Positions 24,916-25,084 of a stretch of 25,084 nt of DNA are shown piece by piece (the stretch's first letter is position 1; each line of letters opens with the position of its first letter). The translations under genes and the position numbers were made by a program. The notes under the pieces are model-generated. The model was not told the DNA's origin. It did no database searches and saw only the letters and a program-made list of their open reading frames with translations. The stretch lies in the IMG/VR virus record IMGVR_UViG_2778261154_000008. One strand, 5' to 3'. The DNA is from a virus. Taxonomy: Duplodnaviria > Heunggongvirae > Uroviricota > Caudoviricetes.

Positions 24916-25084
24916 TCGAACAATGGCGACAACAATTTCCCATTGAAGCGATGTGTCAGGTATTTGGTGTATCCAGGAGCGGTTATTACAACTGGGTACA
25001 GCATGAACCCTCAGACAGAAAACAAAGTGATGAGCGGCTAAAACTGGAGATTAAGGTGGCACATATCCGCACTCGCGAAACATA
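24872..25084 (+). CDS. IS3-family transposase OrfB, N-terminal part (made as an OrfAB fusion by -1 frameshift); partial
   Basis: -1 frame relative to orfA, open to the window end; my translation reads LIEQWRQQFPIEAMCQVFGVSRSGYYNWVQHEPSDRKQSDERLKLEIKVAHIRTRET, typical of IS3 OrfB N-termini. Exact fusion point not determinable by eye. Confidence 0.75.

Larger units (their letters stand above)
24549..25084 (+). mobile_element. IS3-family insertion sequence (IS600-like), left end and orfA/orfB start; continues past the window
   Basis: Sequence from 24549 begins TGAGGTAGCCTGAGTTTAACGG (IS3-type TG... terminus), followed by orfA with AAGGAG RBS and an overlapping -1 frame orfB. Assignment to IS600 is from memory of the OrfA sequence. 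Confidence 0.8.

Noticed and set aside
1-25084. CRISPR arrays, tRNA or rRNA genes
   Set aside because: No regularly spaced direct repeats with unique spacers and no cloverleaf-like or rRNA-like segments were seen; the only repeats are the short regulatory dyads and tandem 11-mers listed. A tRNAscan/CRISPR-finder run would be needed for certainty.

Overview
The window is almost entirely the late region of a Mu-like (transposable-phage type) prophage, read right to left on the minus strand, with an IS3-family insertion sequence (IS600-like) at its right edge. From ~24.5 kb down to 1 the order is: a lower-GC early/accessory cassette of uncharacterised genes, GemA-like and Mor/C-family regulators, a lysis cassette (GH108 endolysin plus membrane proteins and a TraR-like zinc finger), terminase small and large subunits, portal, head morphogenesis protein, protease/scaffold, major head protein, head-completion proteins, tail sheath, tube, chaperone, tape measure, DNA circulation protein, baseplate genes and the start of the tail fibre gene, which runs off the left edge. 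The IS left end at 24549 cuts into the 5' end of the outermost prophage gene, so the element is probably defective or rearranged; repressor and transposase genes are not in the window. No rRNA, tRNA or CRISPR array was recognised. The best candidate for an undescribed system is the lower-GC cassette at 22.8-24.5 kb: four translationally coupled minus-strand ORFs with no motif I recognise, plus a convergent plus-strand ORF. Other points of interest are a 26-bp hairpin-plus-T-tract element repeated exactly at two late-operon boundaries, nested palindromes after the major head gene, and a tail-chaperone overlap that would need a +1/-2 frameshift. All calls rest on reading the supplied translations and the sequence by eye; no database search was run, so family names are from memory.
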